From the IMG/VR virus record IMGVR_UViG_2562617057_000007: a stretch of 60,252 nt of DNA. One strand, 5' to 3'. The translations under genes and the position numbers were made by a program. The DNA is from a virus. Taxonomy: Duplodnaviria; Heunggongvirae; Uroviricota; Caudoviricetes. Below, in pieces: positions 21,736 through 32,881 of this stretch (positions are counted from its first letter, which is position 1; each line of letters begins with the position of its first letter). Under the pieces are notes generated by a model. That model saw nothing but the letters and a program-made list of their open reading frames with translations, did not search any database and was not told where the DNA came from.

Positions 21736-23307
21736 ATGGACACCTCACTTGCTCATGAGAATGCCCGCCTGCGGGCACTGTTGCAGACGCAACAGGACAC
21801 CATCCGCCAGATGGCGAAATACAACCGCCTGCTCTCACAGCGGGTGGCGGCTTATGCTTCCGAAATCAACCGGCTGAAGGCGCTGGTTGCGAAACTGCAG
21901 CGCATGCAGTTCGGTAAAAGCTCAGAAAAACTTCGCGCTAAAACCGAACGACAGATACAGGAAGCACAGGAGCGAATCAGCGCACTTCAGGAAGAAATGG
22001 CGGAAACGCTGGGTGAGCAATATGACCCGGTACTGCCATCCGCCCTGCGCCAGTCTTCAGCCCGTAAACCGTTACCGACCTCACTTCCCCGTGAAACCCG
22101 GGTCATCCGGCCGGAAGAGGAATGCTGTCCGGCCTGTGGTGGTGACCTCAGTCCTCTGGGGTGTGATGTGTCAGAGCAACTGGAGCTTATCAGCAGCGCT
22201 TTTAAGGTTATCGAAACACAACGTCCGAAACTGGCCTGTTGCCGGTGCGACCATATCGTGCAGGCACCAGTACCTTCAAAACCCATTGCACGCAGTTATG
22301 CCGGAGCGGGGCTTCTGGCTCATATCGTCACCGGGAAGTATGCAGACCATCTGCCGTTATACCGCCAGTCAGAAATATACCGTCGTCAGGGCGTGGAACT
22401 GAGCCGCGCCACGCTGGGGCGCTGGACCGGTGCCGTTGCTGAACTGCTGGAGCCGCTGTATGACGTGCTGCGCCAGTATGTACTGATGCCCGGTAAAGTC
22501 CATGCGGATGATATCCCCGTTCCGGTCCAGGAGCCGGGCAGTGGTAAAACAAGAACTGCCCGGCTGTGGGTCTATGTCCGTGATGACCGTAACGCCGGTT
22601 CACAGATGCCCCCGGCGGTCTGGTTCGCGTACAGCCCGGACCGGAAAGGTATCCATCCACAAAATCACCTGGCCGGTTACAGCGGTGTGCTTCAGGCCGA
22701 TGCTTACGGTGGTTACCGGGTGTTATACGAATCCGGCAGAATAACGGAAGCCGCGTGTATGGCTCATGCCCGGAGAAAAATCCACGATGTGCATGCAAGA
22801 GTGCCCACCGACATCACCACGGAAGCCCTGCAGCGTATCGGTGAACTGTATGCCATCGAGGCAGAGGTCCGGGGCTGTTCAGCAGAACAGCGTCTGGCGG
22901 CAAGAAAAGCCAGAGCCGCGCCACTGATGCAGTCACTGTATGACTGGATACAGCAACAGATGAAAACACTGTCGCGTCACTCGGATACGGCAAAAGCGTT
23001 CGCATACCTGCTGAAACAGTGGGATGCACTGAACGTGTACTGCAGTAATGGCTGGGTGGAAATCGACAACAACATTGCAGAGAACGCCTTACGGGGAGTG
23101 GCCGTAGGCCGGAAAAACTGGCTCTTCGCGGGTTCTGACAGCGGTGGTGAACATGCTGCGGTGTTGTACTCGCTGATCGGCACATGCCGTCTGAACAATG
23201 TGGAGCCAGAAAAGTGGCTGCGTTACGTCATTGAACATATCCAGGACTGGCCGGCAAACCGGGTACGCGATCTGTTGCCCTGGAAAGTTGATCTGAGCTC
23301 TCAGTAA
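21736..23307 (+). CDS. IS66-family transposase OrfC (copy 2)
   Basis: 523 aa. Confidence 0.85.
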   Translation: MDTSLAHENARLRALLQTQQDTIRQMAKYNRLLSQRVAAYASEINRLKALVAKLQRMQFGKSSEKLRAKTERQIQEAQERISALQEEMAETLGEQYDPVLPSALRQSSARKPLPTSLPRETRVIRPEEECCPACGGDLSPLGCDVSEQLELISSAFKVIETQRPKLACCRCDHIVQAPVPSKPIARSYAGAGLLAHIVTGKYADHLPLYRQSEIYRRQGVELSRATLGRWTGAVAELLEPLYDVLRQYVLMPGKVHADDIPVPVQEPGSGKTRTARLWVYVRDDRNAGSQMPPAVWFAYSPDRKGIHPQNHLAGYSGVLQADAYGGYRVLYESGRITEAACMAHARRKIHDVHARVPTDITTEALQRIGELYAIEAEVRGCSAEQRLAARKARAAPLMQSLYDWIQQQMKTLSRHSDTAKAFAYLLKQWDALNVYCSNGWVEIDNNIAENALRGVAVGRKNWLFAGSDSGGEHAAVLYSLIGTCRLNNVEPEKWLRYVIEHIQDWPANRVRDLLPWKVDLSSQ

Positions 23308-23713
23308 ATATCAATACGGTTCTGGCGAGCCGCTTACATTTATACTCAGTCACATCAGAATTTAATATCGCAACAGAATGCGTGGAATTAATTGAGGCAA
23401 CCCCAAAGTCTTCCTGTCAACTTGTTTCAAGTGCTACCAACCATGAACACAGAAATGTAAATATCCAAATAAAGTCTCTTATTGAAAAATACAGCAGTGA
23501 GTTGGCGAAAGTATCAGGAGCAAAGGAGATTTATGAAGAATTGATAGTTGCTGTGCCGAGCAGGGAAAATGAATTCAGGAAGCTTTCTCTTGAACAAGAG
23601 AAAAAACACATCAAGATAAATGAAAAAATAAATACATTAATTGGAATTATTAATCAATCTCTTGCAGTAACGCAATGAATTTTAACAAGTATTTGAAGAT
23701 AAATGGAGTCATG

Positions 23714-23746
23714 AAAAAGAGAGGGCAAAGCCGAGCCCGCCCTCTC
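23714..23746 (-). terminator. candidate rho-independent terminator for the hsd operon
   Basis: on minus strand, GAGAGGGC...GCCCTCTC stem (8 bp, 12 nt loop) followed by TTTTT. Confidence 0.4.
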
Positions 23747-23986
23747 CCTTCATGCACTGACAAGCCTCATTAAAATGAGATTAACAGCGACACCCCTATA
23801 TGCTAGACGTATATAAATATAATGTCAGCCAGTCCCGGATGCAACTCCTTAATGAAGTTCAGTACTCTCTGTTTATTAGTTACCGAAATGATAGTTGGTT
23901 ATAGGTTTGTAAAATTCCGCTCGGGATGAAGCAAAGCAAACATTCGGTAAAGGGCTTTTTTATTATCGGTGACCCGTCCTGAATAA

Positions 23987-24742
23987 CTACATATCAGCCA
24001 ACAGCATCCCGGCTATCCCGTCCAGGCGTTTTTTTACCTTTTCCCAACCCGGCATAACCTGCCCCATCAGCCGGTAAAATTTCTCGCTGTGATTGTGCTC
24101 AGCGACATGGCATAACTCATGGAGCAATACATAGTCGATGCATTCCGAGGAAGCCTTTACCAGCCACGGGTTAAGTGTCAGGCAGCCTTTTGCAGAACAG
24201 TTTCCCCATTGCGTCTGCATGGCTCGTAAACGTATCGGAGGACGCTCACTTACCCATAAGGTTTGCGGTATCAGTAAATCCAGTCTGCGTTGAAACACAT
24301 CTCTGGCGCGTTCCCGATACCACTCAACCAGCACCGCCTTAACGCGTTCAGCGGATTTGTGTCTGACGGTGACTTCCAGACGGCCCCGCAACATTTTCAC
24401 TTTTTGCGTAACAGCAGCATCTTCTGTTACTTTCAACTGGTATTGTTTGCCAAGATAGTAATGGCTTTCGCCACTCACATACTGACGCGGAACGATATGC
24501 GTTTGTTGCTCCCTGAAGTCGCGTAGTTGCTGGTATATCCAGCGCCCTCGCTTTTTCAGCGCAGATATCACATCCAGCTCCGGCGTTCCGGGTGGTACAG
24601 ATGCGACTACCCGGCAGTCCGGATGAACCTTGATAAGTATCCTGCCTTTAACAACCTGCCGTGGTACACACTGAACCACGATGGTTTCATCACCATAAAC
24701 AAAACGTACAGCATTCATAGATAGTGACTTTTTCTCACTCAT
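23987..24742 (-). CDS. M48/DUF45-type zinc metallopeptidase (YgjP-like)
   Basis: 251 aa with HELCH zinc-binding motif; start overlaps hsdR stop by 4 nt. Confidence 0.75.
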   Translation of the reverse strand: MSEKKSLSMNAVRFVYGDETIVVQCVPRQVVKGRILIKVHPDCRVVASVPPGTPELDVISALKKRGRWIYQQLRDFREQQTHIVPRQYVSGESHYYLGKQYQLKVTEDAAVTQKVKMLRGRLEVTVRHKSAERVKAVLVEWYRERARDVFQRRLDLLIPQTLWVSERPPIRLRAMQTQWGNCSAKGCLTLNPWLVKASSECIDYVLLHELCHVAEHNHSEKFYRLMGQVMPGWEKVKKRLDGIAGMLLADM

Positions 24743-27700
24743 GATTTCATCAAACCAACGCGCAGGATCTGTATGATGGTTTCAACGATACGGTTTACCT
24801 GGTTCATTCCAGCACCGATCTCTCGACAGGCAGTAAACAGTCGCGGCAACAGGCTTGTCTTAACGGCTTTCTCGATATCCTGAGGATTGAGGGAATTTTC
24901 CGCAACCGCTTTGACAATAATAGTGTCCACTTCGAAAGCCAGCTTCGTCCATTTATGCTGAACCTGATCATCGTTTACCGCGAAAACCTCAGGTAGCTCT
25001 TTTTTAAATACTCCGTAGTATGCCTGCGCATGTTTGTTTACGGCCAGCGCATCCGGGATGTCGCTGAGTTTGCGGGCTTCCACCTGCGCCTCAAACTCGC
25101 GGAAAAGGAGATATTGCTTCAGCGGATGGTCGAACAGTTTTTCAGTCTCTTCAATAACCATACGCAGGAGTTTTGAGAATGCCTCCTGAGCATAGGGATC
25201 GTCGCACAGTTCATGTTCAATCATCTTCGTGACGCGGGTTTTAATGATGTCGGTCTCATTGCGGGTTTTGTTGTTATCCCACTCTTCCGGCTTTTCAGTT
25301 TTACCCATCTTGCCCACTTCATATACGCCATCCGGTTCACGAACCGCGACACCAGTAACATGCTTATTCAGCAGTTTTTTCACCTGTTCAGCGTAGTCGT
25401 CATAATTGACCTGCTCACCACTGACCTGCATCGCCCACTGGCGCAGGCTGGACATCTGTTTTACGGTTTCTTTATAGATATTTCGGTCTTGTTCCGTAAA
25501 GCTCTTGTCGGTGAAGAAGGTGGCGGACTGCAGCGCTACTTTCAGGCATCCGGCAAAGGCCGTTAACACCTCGAAGAAATCATCACGGGTTTTCTGATGG
25601 ATATCGACCATCTCTCCGTCACGTTCTTCCATTTTAGGCACCAGAACTGCACGTAACTGCTCAGTATCATTCTTGTTTTTAACACCGGCAAATATGGCCC
25701 ACAACTGGTTATACAGATGCGGCAGACGCTTGTATTCAGAGCTCATGGCGCTGTACAGCCCATCAATATCCTTGATGTCATATCCTCCCTGAGTTCGGGA
25801 GGCAAGATCCTGATATTTACCGATAGTCGTGTCCAGTTCAGCCAAAATGCCGCGATAATCAATCAGCAGACCAAACTTTTTCAGTGGATGCAGTCGGTTC
25901 ACCCGGGCAATCGCCTGGATAAGATTATGGGACTTAAGAGGTTTGTCGATATACAGCACGGTATTCTTCGGTTCATCAAACCCGGTGAGCAATTTATCAA
26001 CGACGATCAACAATTTAAGCTTATCATCGGTATCGAAGCGGCTAATGATATTACGGGTATACACAGACTCATCCTGCGTGCCGACATTATCCTTCCACCA
26101 TTTCGTCACTTCCGGCAGTTTGCTTTCATCCACCTCGGTGTTCCCTTCCCGGGTATCCGGCGGGCTGATAACGACAGCTGACTCAAACAACCCGGCTTCA
26201 TCAAGATACTTTTTATATTTGATGGCGGAAATCTTGCTGTCGCAGGCAAGTTGGCCTTTCAGCCCCTCATCAATATTCTTCGAGAAGTGCATGGCGATAT
26301 CTAATGCAATCAGCCGGATGCGGTCATCTGCACTATAAACCTCACCCTTACGGGCATATTTACGCTTAAGGTCGGCTTTTTGCGCTTCGCTTAACCCATC
26401 GGTAATACGATCAAACCATGCATCTATTGCCCGGTCGTTTACCTCAAGATCAGGAATACGTTCCTCGTAAAGCAGAGGCGTCACCGCCTGATCTTCTACC
26501 GCTCGCTGCATGGTATAAGCGTGGACAATCGGCCCGAATTTATTGGTGGTCTTATCTTCTTTCAGCAAAGGTGTACCGGTAAATGCCACAAAAGCAGCAT
26601 TCGGCAGGGCCAGTTTCATACGCACATGGTTTTCGCCACCCTGGCTGCGGTGTCCTTCATCAATCAGTACGATGATGTCGGGGCTGGTATTGACGCATTC
26701 AGGAAGTTTTGTCGCTGAATTAAATTTCTGGATCAGGGTGAAGATAATACGTTCTTTACCGGAGCCAATCTGTTCCGCCAACATCTGCCCGGATGTCGCC
26801 ATTGCATTGGCTTTGTCTTTTTTCCCGACCAACTCGCCGCCGGAAGCAAAGGTACCGCTGAGCTGTTCTTCAAGATCGATACGGTCCGTCACCACCACAA
26901 TACGACACTGCTTCAGGCTGTCATGAAGAATCAGCGCCTTACTGAGGAACACCATGGTATAAGATTTACCGGAACCCGTGGTATGCCAGATGACACCACC
27001 TTCCCTGCCGCCGTCTGATCTACGGGTACTGATGCGTTCCAGTAGTCTTTTAATGCCGAACACCTGCTGATAGCGGGCGACAATCTTCCCGGTCTTTTTA
27101 TCAAACAGGGTGAAAAAGCGCGTCATCTCCAGCAGACGTTCCGGCGAAAGCAGACTGATGAGCAGTTTGTCCTGTCCACTAACGGCCAGTTCACCCCCGG
27201 CGATTAACTGCTGATACCAGTTGAGATCGGCTGACGGACGATGATCAAATAACGCATGAATCTGTTCAGTCGATAACGGATGGTTGCGCAGAGCATACAT
27301 CTGCGCATCCGTAATATCTTCTTCCCGCCATGCCGCCCAGAATTTCATTGGCGTATGGCAGGTACCGTAGCGACCGTCATGCCCGTTAATCGAAAGCAAT
27401 AGCTGGCTATAGGCAAACAGCTGCGGGATTTCATCGTTGAACTGGTTGCGGATACTCTGAGATATCCCTTCGTCAATGGTTGGCCCTTTCTTACCGTGAC
27501 CTGCCGGGCTTTTCGCTTCAATGACTGCCAGCGGGATACCATTCACAAAGCAGACAATATCCGGTCTGCGGGTTTCGACACCGCCTGACCGCAATACCGT
27601 AAATTCTTCGGTAAAGTGAAACTGGTTATTTTCCGGATGTTCCCAGTCAATCAGCGCAATGGTGGGGTTCACCTTCTTGCCATCGACAAACTCCGTGACG

Positions 27701-28026
27701 GCGATACCGTAGAGCAGATGGTTATACATCCGCTCATTGGCTTTCAGCAGTCCTTCATTCAGCGCCGGAGAACAGACCTGCGATATCAGGTTATCCAGCG
27801 CCTTTTCCGATAACTGGCAGATTTTGCCACCCGCCATAAAGGAACGCTTCGAAAGCTCTTCACGCAGAACCGGACGCAGCACCACCTCATCCTGTTTATA
27901 GCCCCGGTAATCCATAATCTGTTTCGGGGATAAAAACGTCCAGCCGAGGCTGGTCAGTAACGTCAGTGCCGGAATTTTGGCGCTGTATTCTTCCTGGAAT
28001 TTTGGCGTGTACGTCTGGTTCATCAT
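24739..28026 (-). CDS. hsdR: Type I restriction enzyme R subunit
   Basis: 1095 aa; Walker A TGSGKS, DEGHR (DEAH-box) motif, size typical of HsdR. Confidence 0.9.
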   Translation of the reverse strand: MMNQTYTPKFQEEYSAKIPALTLLTSLGWTFLSPKQIMDYRGYKQDEVVLRPVLREELSKRSFMAGGKICQLSEKALDNLISQVCSPALNEGLLKANERMYNHLLYGIAVTEFVDGKKVNPTIALIDWEHPENNQFHFTEEFTVLRSGGVETRRPDIVCFVNGIPLAVIEAKSPAGHGKKGPTIDEGISQSIRNQFNDEIPQLFAYSQLLLSINGHDGRYGTCHTPMKFWAAWREEDITDAQMYALRNHPLSTEQIHALFDHRPSADLNWYQQLIAGGELAVSGQDKLLISLLSPERLLEMTRFFTLFDKKTGKIVARYQQVFGIKRLLERISTRRSDGGREGGVIWHTTGSGKSYTMVFLSKALILHDSLKQCRIVVVTDRIDLEEQLSGTFASGGELVGKKDKANAMATSGQMLAEQIGSGKERIIFTLIQKFNSATKLPECVNTSPDIIVLIDEGHRSQGGENHVRMKLALPNAAFVAFTGTPLLKEDKTTNKFGPIVHAYTMQRAVEDQAVTPLLYEERIPDLEVNDRAIDAWFDRITDGLSEAQKADLKRKYARKGEVYSADDRIRLIALDIAMHFSKNIDEGLKGQLACDSKISAIKYKKYLDEAGLFESAVVISPPDTREGNTEVDESKLPEVTKWWKDNVGTQDESVYTRNIISRFDTDDKLKLLIVVDKLLTGFDEPKNTVLYIDKPLKSHNLIQAIARVNRLHPLKKFGLLIDYRGILAELDTTIGKYQDLASRTQGGYDIKDIDGLYSAMSSEYKRLPHLYNQLWAIFAGVKNKNDTEQLRAVLVPKMEERDGEMVDIHQKTRDDFFEVLTAFAGCLKVALQSATFFTDKSFTEQDRNIYKETVKQMSSLRQWAMQVSGEQVNYDDYAEQVKKLLNKHVTGVAVREPDGVYEVGKMGKTEKPEEWDNNKTRNETDIIKTRVTKMIEHELCDDPYAQEAFSKLLRMVIEETEKLFDHPLKQYLLFREFEAQVEARKLSDIPDALAVNKHAQAYYGVFKKELPEVFAVNDDQVQHKWTKLAFEVDTIIVKAVAENSLNPQDIEKAVKTSLLPRLFTACREIGAGMNQVNRIVETIIQILRVGLMKS

Positions 28027-28075
28027 TAATCCTTTTCTTTCTGGCGCTACTCGCTACTGGTCACATGAAGATTCA

Positions 28076-28759
28076 TCAATGCAGACAGCACTTCTTAAAT
28101 TTTTTACCGCTGCCACACGGACACGGGTCATTTCGCCCGGGCATGTTTTCTGCCCTCTTCACTGGAACAGGCCGGGATGATGCCTCTGACATTCTCACTG
28201 ACAACCAGTACTGATAAAGTGCCAGTGCAGCAGGCTGAATAAGGGAAATACTTTTCTCAAACTGCTCTCCGGTCATTTTCTCAAGTACAGGAAAATTCTT
28301 CTCCACGCCATGAAGAGCGATCACTTCCAGAGAAGGCCGTAACTCACCGGGAAGACCAGACCAGTCATCCAGTGACTTTCCTTTCATATAACCAAAACAC
28401 CACTCTTCCACAATGGTATATTTTTCCCCCTTTACCTCACGCTCATTGAAAATCGGCTCAAACAGTTCAGGGGCGTCATAAAGGCAACCAGCGATATCGT
28501 TCATATGCTGAAAACACAGACTGACAAAACGCTCCATCTCTCTCTCAGATGACCATTTCGGATGATAATCGCCTCTTCCCCAAATAGCACTCAGCCAGAT
28601 ATTGGGTGAAACCATATTTGGACCTGATAAAATCGCCGTCAGCAATCCATCCAGCTCAGAGAAACAGAGTACAGAATCATCCATTCCATACTTCATTAAT
28701 ATTTCTTCCAGCCAGTCGATTTCCCGGTCAGTCAGTGGACCGCTTTTCGTCAGTTTCAT
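28076..28759 (-). CDS. YecA-like (UPF0149) protein with C-terminal SEC-C zinc motif
   Basis: 227 aa; collinear similarity to E. coli YecA as recalled; terminal [24 protein letters not shown] motif; start overlaps hsdS stop (ATGA). Confidence 0.8.
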   Translation of the reverse strand: MKLTKSGPLTDREIDWLEEILMKYGMDDSVLCFSELDGLLTAILSGPNMVSPNIWLSAIWGRGDYHPKWSSEREMERFVSLCFQHMNDIAGCLYDAPELFEPIFNEREVKGEKYTIVEEWCFGYMKGKSLDDWSGLPGELRPSLEVIALHGVEKNFPVLEKMTGEQFEKSISLIQPAALALYQYWLSVRMSEASSRPVPVKRAENMPGRNDPCPCGSGKKFKKCCLH

Positions 28760-29940
28760 ACGGCAACCGCCTCATCCACTTTCACCCGACGTTTCCCGGT
28801 CAGCAGTTGCTGCATCAAGGCTTTCTTCTCGTTTTTCAGGCAGGCGAGTTTTTTCTCAAGTGTGGAGATTTCGGTGTCGGCAGCGGACAGAACGGCGGCA
28901 ATTTTTTGTTGTTCTTCAAAATTGGGCACTGATAATTTTAATGTCTTTATATCATCACTATTAATTGATTCAAATGTGCTACCTTGTGATAGGTAACACC
29001 ATTTTGGTTCAAACCAAAGAAACCATTGATAAAGAAATGATTGACTCATTTTTCTCTTGGATTTTATAGCCGATATACCACGCCCTATACATGCTTTATG
29101 TTGAGAAAGTGCAACAGTACCTACAGGTGCCCTGACACTTAGAAGAATATCTCCAGGAGTACATTCTTTCGTAATGTCAGACGTATAAACTCTGGGACAT
29201 GAAACTCGGCACTTTATATCGGCATTACCCTGTATTAATGGCAAACCTAAGCCATTATCGTTGTAGGCTTCGGATTTAGGTGATGATCCCATAATAATAT
29301 GTGCTACTTCAGACAAAGTGCACGTACACCACTCCCCACTAAACCTCACCCCATTCTCATCCAGCAACCGTTTCTTCCCGGTAAGCAATTGCTGAATCAG
29401 GGCTTTTTTCTGCTGCTGGCTGTTGGCGAGAAGCTTTTCCGTCACCGAAATCGCCTTATTCCAGGTTGACAGGATTTGGGATATTTTCTTTTGTTCAGCA
29501 ACAGGCGGGGTAAGCACAAATTGATTATCAATGTCTTTTTTTTGAACATGTAATAATGTTGATTTGAAACCATGAGCCTGCGCTTCAATTTTTTGAGTTA
29601 TATGCAATAAAGCTAAATACAGCCAGTGTTCATGAACATTTTCATTTGCAAATACCTTGTAGATATGCTGATTCAAAACACCTTTTGGCCCATTCCAAAT
29701 GAAAGGACCGAAGGATACACCTTTTGTACCTGCCCAAGAAAATAGTAACTGCCCTGGTTCAACTAACCATTTATCCTGAGGAACACCTGAAAAATAGTTA
29801 TAATTACCGCTTCCATTTAGATTTTGAATTCGAATGATAGGAAGACCTTTTGTATCCCACTCATGTGGCTTAAAACTATTACCATTTTGTAACTTACAGA
29901 TATCTGACACTTGGAGAAGCATCCACCCCTTAGGCACCAT
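28756..29940 (-). CDS. hsdS: Type I restriction-modification specificity subunit
   Basis: 394 aa with two variable halves separated by repeated conserved segment [14 protein letters not shown] / [14 protein letters not shown]. Confidence 0.85.
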   Translation of the reverse strand: MVPKGWMLLQVSDICKLQNGNSFKPHEWDTKGLPIIRIQNLNGSGNYNYFSGVPQDKWLVEPGQLLFSWAGTKGVSFGPFIWNGPKGVLNQHIYKVFANENVHEHWLYLALLHITQKIEAQAHGFKSTLLHVQKKDIDNQFVLTPPVAEQKKISQILSTWNKAISVTEKLLANSQQQKKALIQQLLTGKKRLLDENGVRFSGEWCTCTLSEVAHIIMGSSPKSEAYNDNGLGLPLIQGNADIKCRVSCPRVYTSDITKECTPGDILLSVRAPVGTVALSQHKACIGRGISAIKSKRKMSQSFLYQWFLWFEPKWCYLSQGSTFESINSDDIKTLKLSVPNFEEQQKIAAVLSAADTEISTLEKKLACLKNEKKALMQQLLTGKRRVKVDEAVAV

Positions 29941-31453
29941 AACCCAACTCCTTCAGATAACCCGCCATCTCCGTTTCCAGTTTCGCCAGTTCCACCTTCA
30001 ATTGCTCACGCTCAGAACGCACGGCCAGCAAATCAATCTCGTCTTCTTCTTCAAAAGTATCGACATAGCGCGGAATATTGAGGTTGTAATCGTTATCCTG
30101 AATCTCCTTCAGGCTGGCGAGATAGGCATATTTCTCGACGTTATCGCCTTCACGATAGGTGTTAACGATCTTCTGGATATTTTCTGCGCTGAGCTGGTTC
30201 TGGTTTTTGCCCGCCTTATATTCACGGCTGGCATCGATAAACAGCACCTTGTCATCCACTTTCTGCTTCTTAAAAATCAGAATCGCGGCCGGAATCCCCG
30301 TACCGTAGAACAGTTTTTCAGGCAAACCAATCACCGCATCCAGCAGATTTTCATCAATCAGTTTCTGGCGAATCTTACCTTCGCTGGAGCCACGGAACAG
30401 CACACCGTGTGGCACGACCACCCCCATACGACCCGTTCCCGGTTTCAGGGTTTCTATCATATGTGAGATAAAGGCGTAATCGCCTTTGGTCTTCGGCGGT
30501 ACACCACGACGGAAGCGACCAAACTTATCGTTCTCGGCCTCATCATGGCCCCACTTATCCAGACTAAACGGCGGGTTAGCGGTCACGATATCAAACAGCA
30601 TCAGATCGCCATTTTTATCGAGCAGCTTCGGGTTACGAATGGTATCGCCCCACTCGATTTTATGGTTGTCCTCGCCATGCAGGAACATGTTCATTTTCGC
30701 CAGCGACCACGTGGAGCCAATCGCTTCCTGACCGAACAAAGCATAGTTACGGCTGTCATGCCCGGATACAATCTTACGCCCGCACTTCATTAACAACGAA
30801 CCAGAACCACAGGCCGGATCGCAGATGGTATCACCCGGTTGTGGATCAAGTAGTTCAGCAATCAGGTCCGAGACTTCCGGCGGGGTATAAAATTCCCCGG
30901 CTTTCTGCCCACCGCTGGCGGCAAAGTTTTTAATCAGATATTCGTAGGCATTACCGATAACGTCCAGCGTACCTACACGGCTTGGCTTCAGGTTAAGATC
31001 TTCACCGGCAAAGTCTTCCAGCAGCTGACGCAGGATGGTGTTCTTCTGTTTTTCTTCACCCAAGCGGTCAGTGTTAAACGAAATATCCTGAAAGACGCTT
31101 TTCCCGGCATCTTTCAGTTTGGTGCCGTTGGCTTCTTCAATAGCGTGTAGTGCCTGATCAATACGCTCGCCGTTTCCCGGCTCATAGCGACGCTCGTAAA
31201 GAGTATAAAAGCTGGCACTTTTCGGCAGCACAAAACGCTCGTTAGCCATCATCGCTTCAATCAGCTCCGGCGCATCGCCATACTGTTCTTTGTATTCGTC
31301 ATAGTGATCCTGCCAGACATCCGAAATGTACTTGAGGAACAGCATGGTAAGGATAAAGTCTTTGTAAGTATCAGCACTGATGGTACCACGGAACGTATCG
31401 CACGCGGCCCACAGGGCTTTGTTGATCGTGTCCTGACTGATTTTGTCGTTCAT
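29930..31453 (-). CDS. hsdM: Type I restriction-modification N6-adenine methyltransferase subunit
   Basis: 507 aa; motif I DPACGSGSLL and motif IV NPPF (VTANPPFSLDKW). Confidence 0.9.
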   Translation of the reverse strand: MNDKISQDTINKALWAACDTFRGTISADTYKDFILTMLFLKYISDVWQDHYDEYKEQYGDAPELIEAMMANERFVLPKSASFYTLYERRYEPGNGERIDQALHAIEEANGTKLKDAGKSVFQDISFNTDRLGEEKQKNTILRQLLEDFAGEDLNLKPSRVGTLDVIGNAYEYLIKNFAASGGQKAGEFYTPPEVSDLIAELLDPQPGDTICDPACGSGSLLMKCGRKIVSGHDSRNYALFGQEAIGSTWSLAKMNMFLHGEDNHKIEWGDTIRNPKLLDKNGDLMLFDIVTANPPFSLDKWGHDEAENDKFGRFRRGVPPKTKGDYAFISHMIETLKPGTGRMGVVVPHGVLFRGSSEGKIRQKLIDENLLDAVIGLPEKLFYGTGIPAAILIFKKQKVDDKVLFIDASREYKAGKNQNQLSAENIQKIVNTYREGDNVEKYAYLASLKEIQDNDYNLNIPRYVDTFEEEDEIDLLAVRSEREQLKVELAKLETEMAGYLKELGYGA

Positions 31454-31936
31454 GAATCATCCTGGTATGAAGAAAACCATACGATGTGTTGTATTCATCG
31501 TAGAAAATTTGGTGCAGATAATACCTTAAGGTGCGTCTTCAGGCACGTCAAAGCCGCATCGTTCGAAGTGGATTTTTCCTGAGGGGAATAGGACTCTTTT
31601 TTCCCGTAATGTGGTGGACTGGTTGATGAAACAAACACTAACGCGCGGCTTGGTACTGGATTGACCTGCTCCCCGTGATATCAATACACCCTACCCCAGT
31701 GACGCTAAAACGCATTTTACAACCTTTTATTACATTGGGAATGGTCCAAGATTAAGCTGTCAGGAAATACTCATAAGAGGTGCATTTCCTGTTAGTTCAT
31801 GAAGTACTCTTGAAGTGATTTCATCTTTCTATTAAAAATATCTTTCAAAGCAATGAAATATGTACCATATGGTTTATGAACTGAACTCTTACACAACATA
31901 AGTTAAATAACCTTCTTTTTTAACAAATTTAACAAG

Positions 31937-31958
31937 GTTCGCTATGGCGAACTTTTTT
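31937..31958 (+). terminator. rho-independent terminator upstream of lysis genes (tR'-like position)
   Basis: GTTCGC-TATG-GCGAAC hairpin (extendable to 9 bp) followed by TTTTTT, about 100 bp before the holin gene. Confidence 0.55.
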
Positions 31959-32059
31959 GTATTCAGGGCCCACCGAAGGACGGCTCATAACCCAATCCTA
32001 CGGGCGTATACGCAGGGCCCGCCTTTCAACAACACCCCGTAATGGCGGAGGTGGGAAGT

Positions 32060-32401
32060 ATGAAAATGCACAATACTCCTCATTCCTGGCCTGACTTACT
32101 GGAACTCTTACAAAGTTGGTGGCGTGGAGATACGCCGTTGGGCGCAGTGGTTATGTCAATTGTTATGGCTGGTTTGCGCATCGCCTATTTTGGCGGTGGC
32201 GGCGGCTGGAAACGAAAAACGCTCGAGATTTTGCTCTGTGGCGCTCTGACGCTGACTTTTGCATCCGCTCTTGAGTATGTCGGATGGCCTAAATCACTTT
32301 CTGTTGCCCTTGGTGGTGGTGTTGGGCTGATCGGTGTCGATGCTATTCGTGGGGCTGCAATGCGAGTAATCGGTAACAAGTTTGGTGGCTCTAAGGAGTA
32401 A
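32060..32401 (+). CDS. class I holin with dual-start motif
   Basis: starts MKM (lambda S-like dual start); GGAGGTG RBS; hydrophobic segments; lies directly upstream of a lambda R-like endolysin. Confidence 0.8.
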   Translation: MKMHNTPHSWPDLLELLQSWWRGDTPLGAVVMSIVMAGLRIAYFGGGGGWKRKTLEILLCGALTLTFASALEYVGWPKSLSVALGGGVGLIGVDAIRGAAMRVIGNKFGGSKE

Positions 32402-32404
32402 TTC

Positions 32405-32881
32405 ATGCAGACACTAAATTCCCAACGTAAAGCTTTCCTGGATATGGTGGCATGGTCAGAAGGAACGGATAACGGGCGACAACCGACACGTAATCACGGT
32501 TATGACGTTATCGTCGGAGGTGAGTTGTTCACTGATTACTCCGATCACCCTCGCAAACTTGTCACGCTAAACCCGAAGCTTAAATCAACAGCCGCAGGCC
32601 GGTATCAGCTTCTTTCACGCTGGTGGGATGCCTACCGCAAGCAGCTTGGCCTGAAAGATTTTTCGCCAGAAAGTCAGGACGCTGTGGCGCTGCAGCAGAT
32701 TAAAGAGCGTGGCGCTTTACCGATGATTGACCGTGGCGATATTCGTCAGGCAATCGACCGTTGCAGCAATATCTGGGCGTCGTTACCTGGTGCAGGTTAC
32801 GGTCAGTATGAACATAAAATCGGTGACCTGATTTCCAGGTTTAAAGATGCTGGTGGGGTGGTAAATGAAGCTGACTTATAA
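32405..32881 (+). CDS. endolysin, lambda R-like lytic transglycosylase
   Basis: 158 aa, near-collinear match to remembered lambda R (NSQRKAFLDMVAWSEGTDNGRQPTRNHGYDVIVGGELFTDYSDHPRK...). Confidence 0.9.
   Translation: MQTLNSQRKAFLDMVAWSEGTDNGRQPTRNHGYDVIVGGELFTDYSDHPRKLVTLNPKLKSTAAGRYQLLSRWWDAYRKQLGLKDFSPESQDAVALQQIKERGALPMIDRGDIRQAIDRCSNIWASLPGAGYGQYEHKIGDLISRFKDAGGVVNEADL

Larger units (their letters stand above)
20643..23337 (+). mobile_element. IS66-family element, copy 2 (2695 bp)
   Basis: same terminal repeats as copy 1; perfect 8 bp target duplication ATTTATAC (20635..20642 and 23338..23345). Confidence 0.85.

Noticed and set aside
25213-26926. Plus-strand ORFs antisense to hsdR
   Set aside because: Embedded in a well-supported 1095 aa HsdR reading frame on the opposite strand; no independent support.
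31304-31582. 92 aa plus-strand ORF across the hsdM start region
   Set aside because: Antisense to the hsdM N-terminus and extending into non-coding DNA; no motif support.
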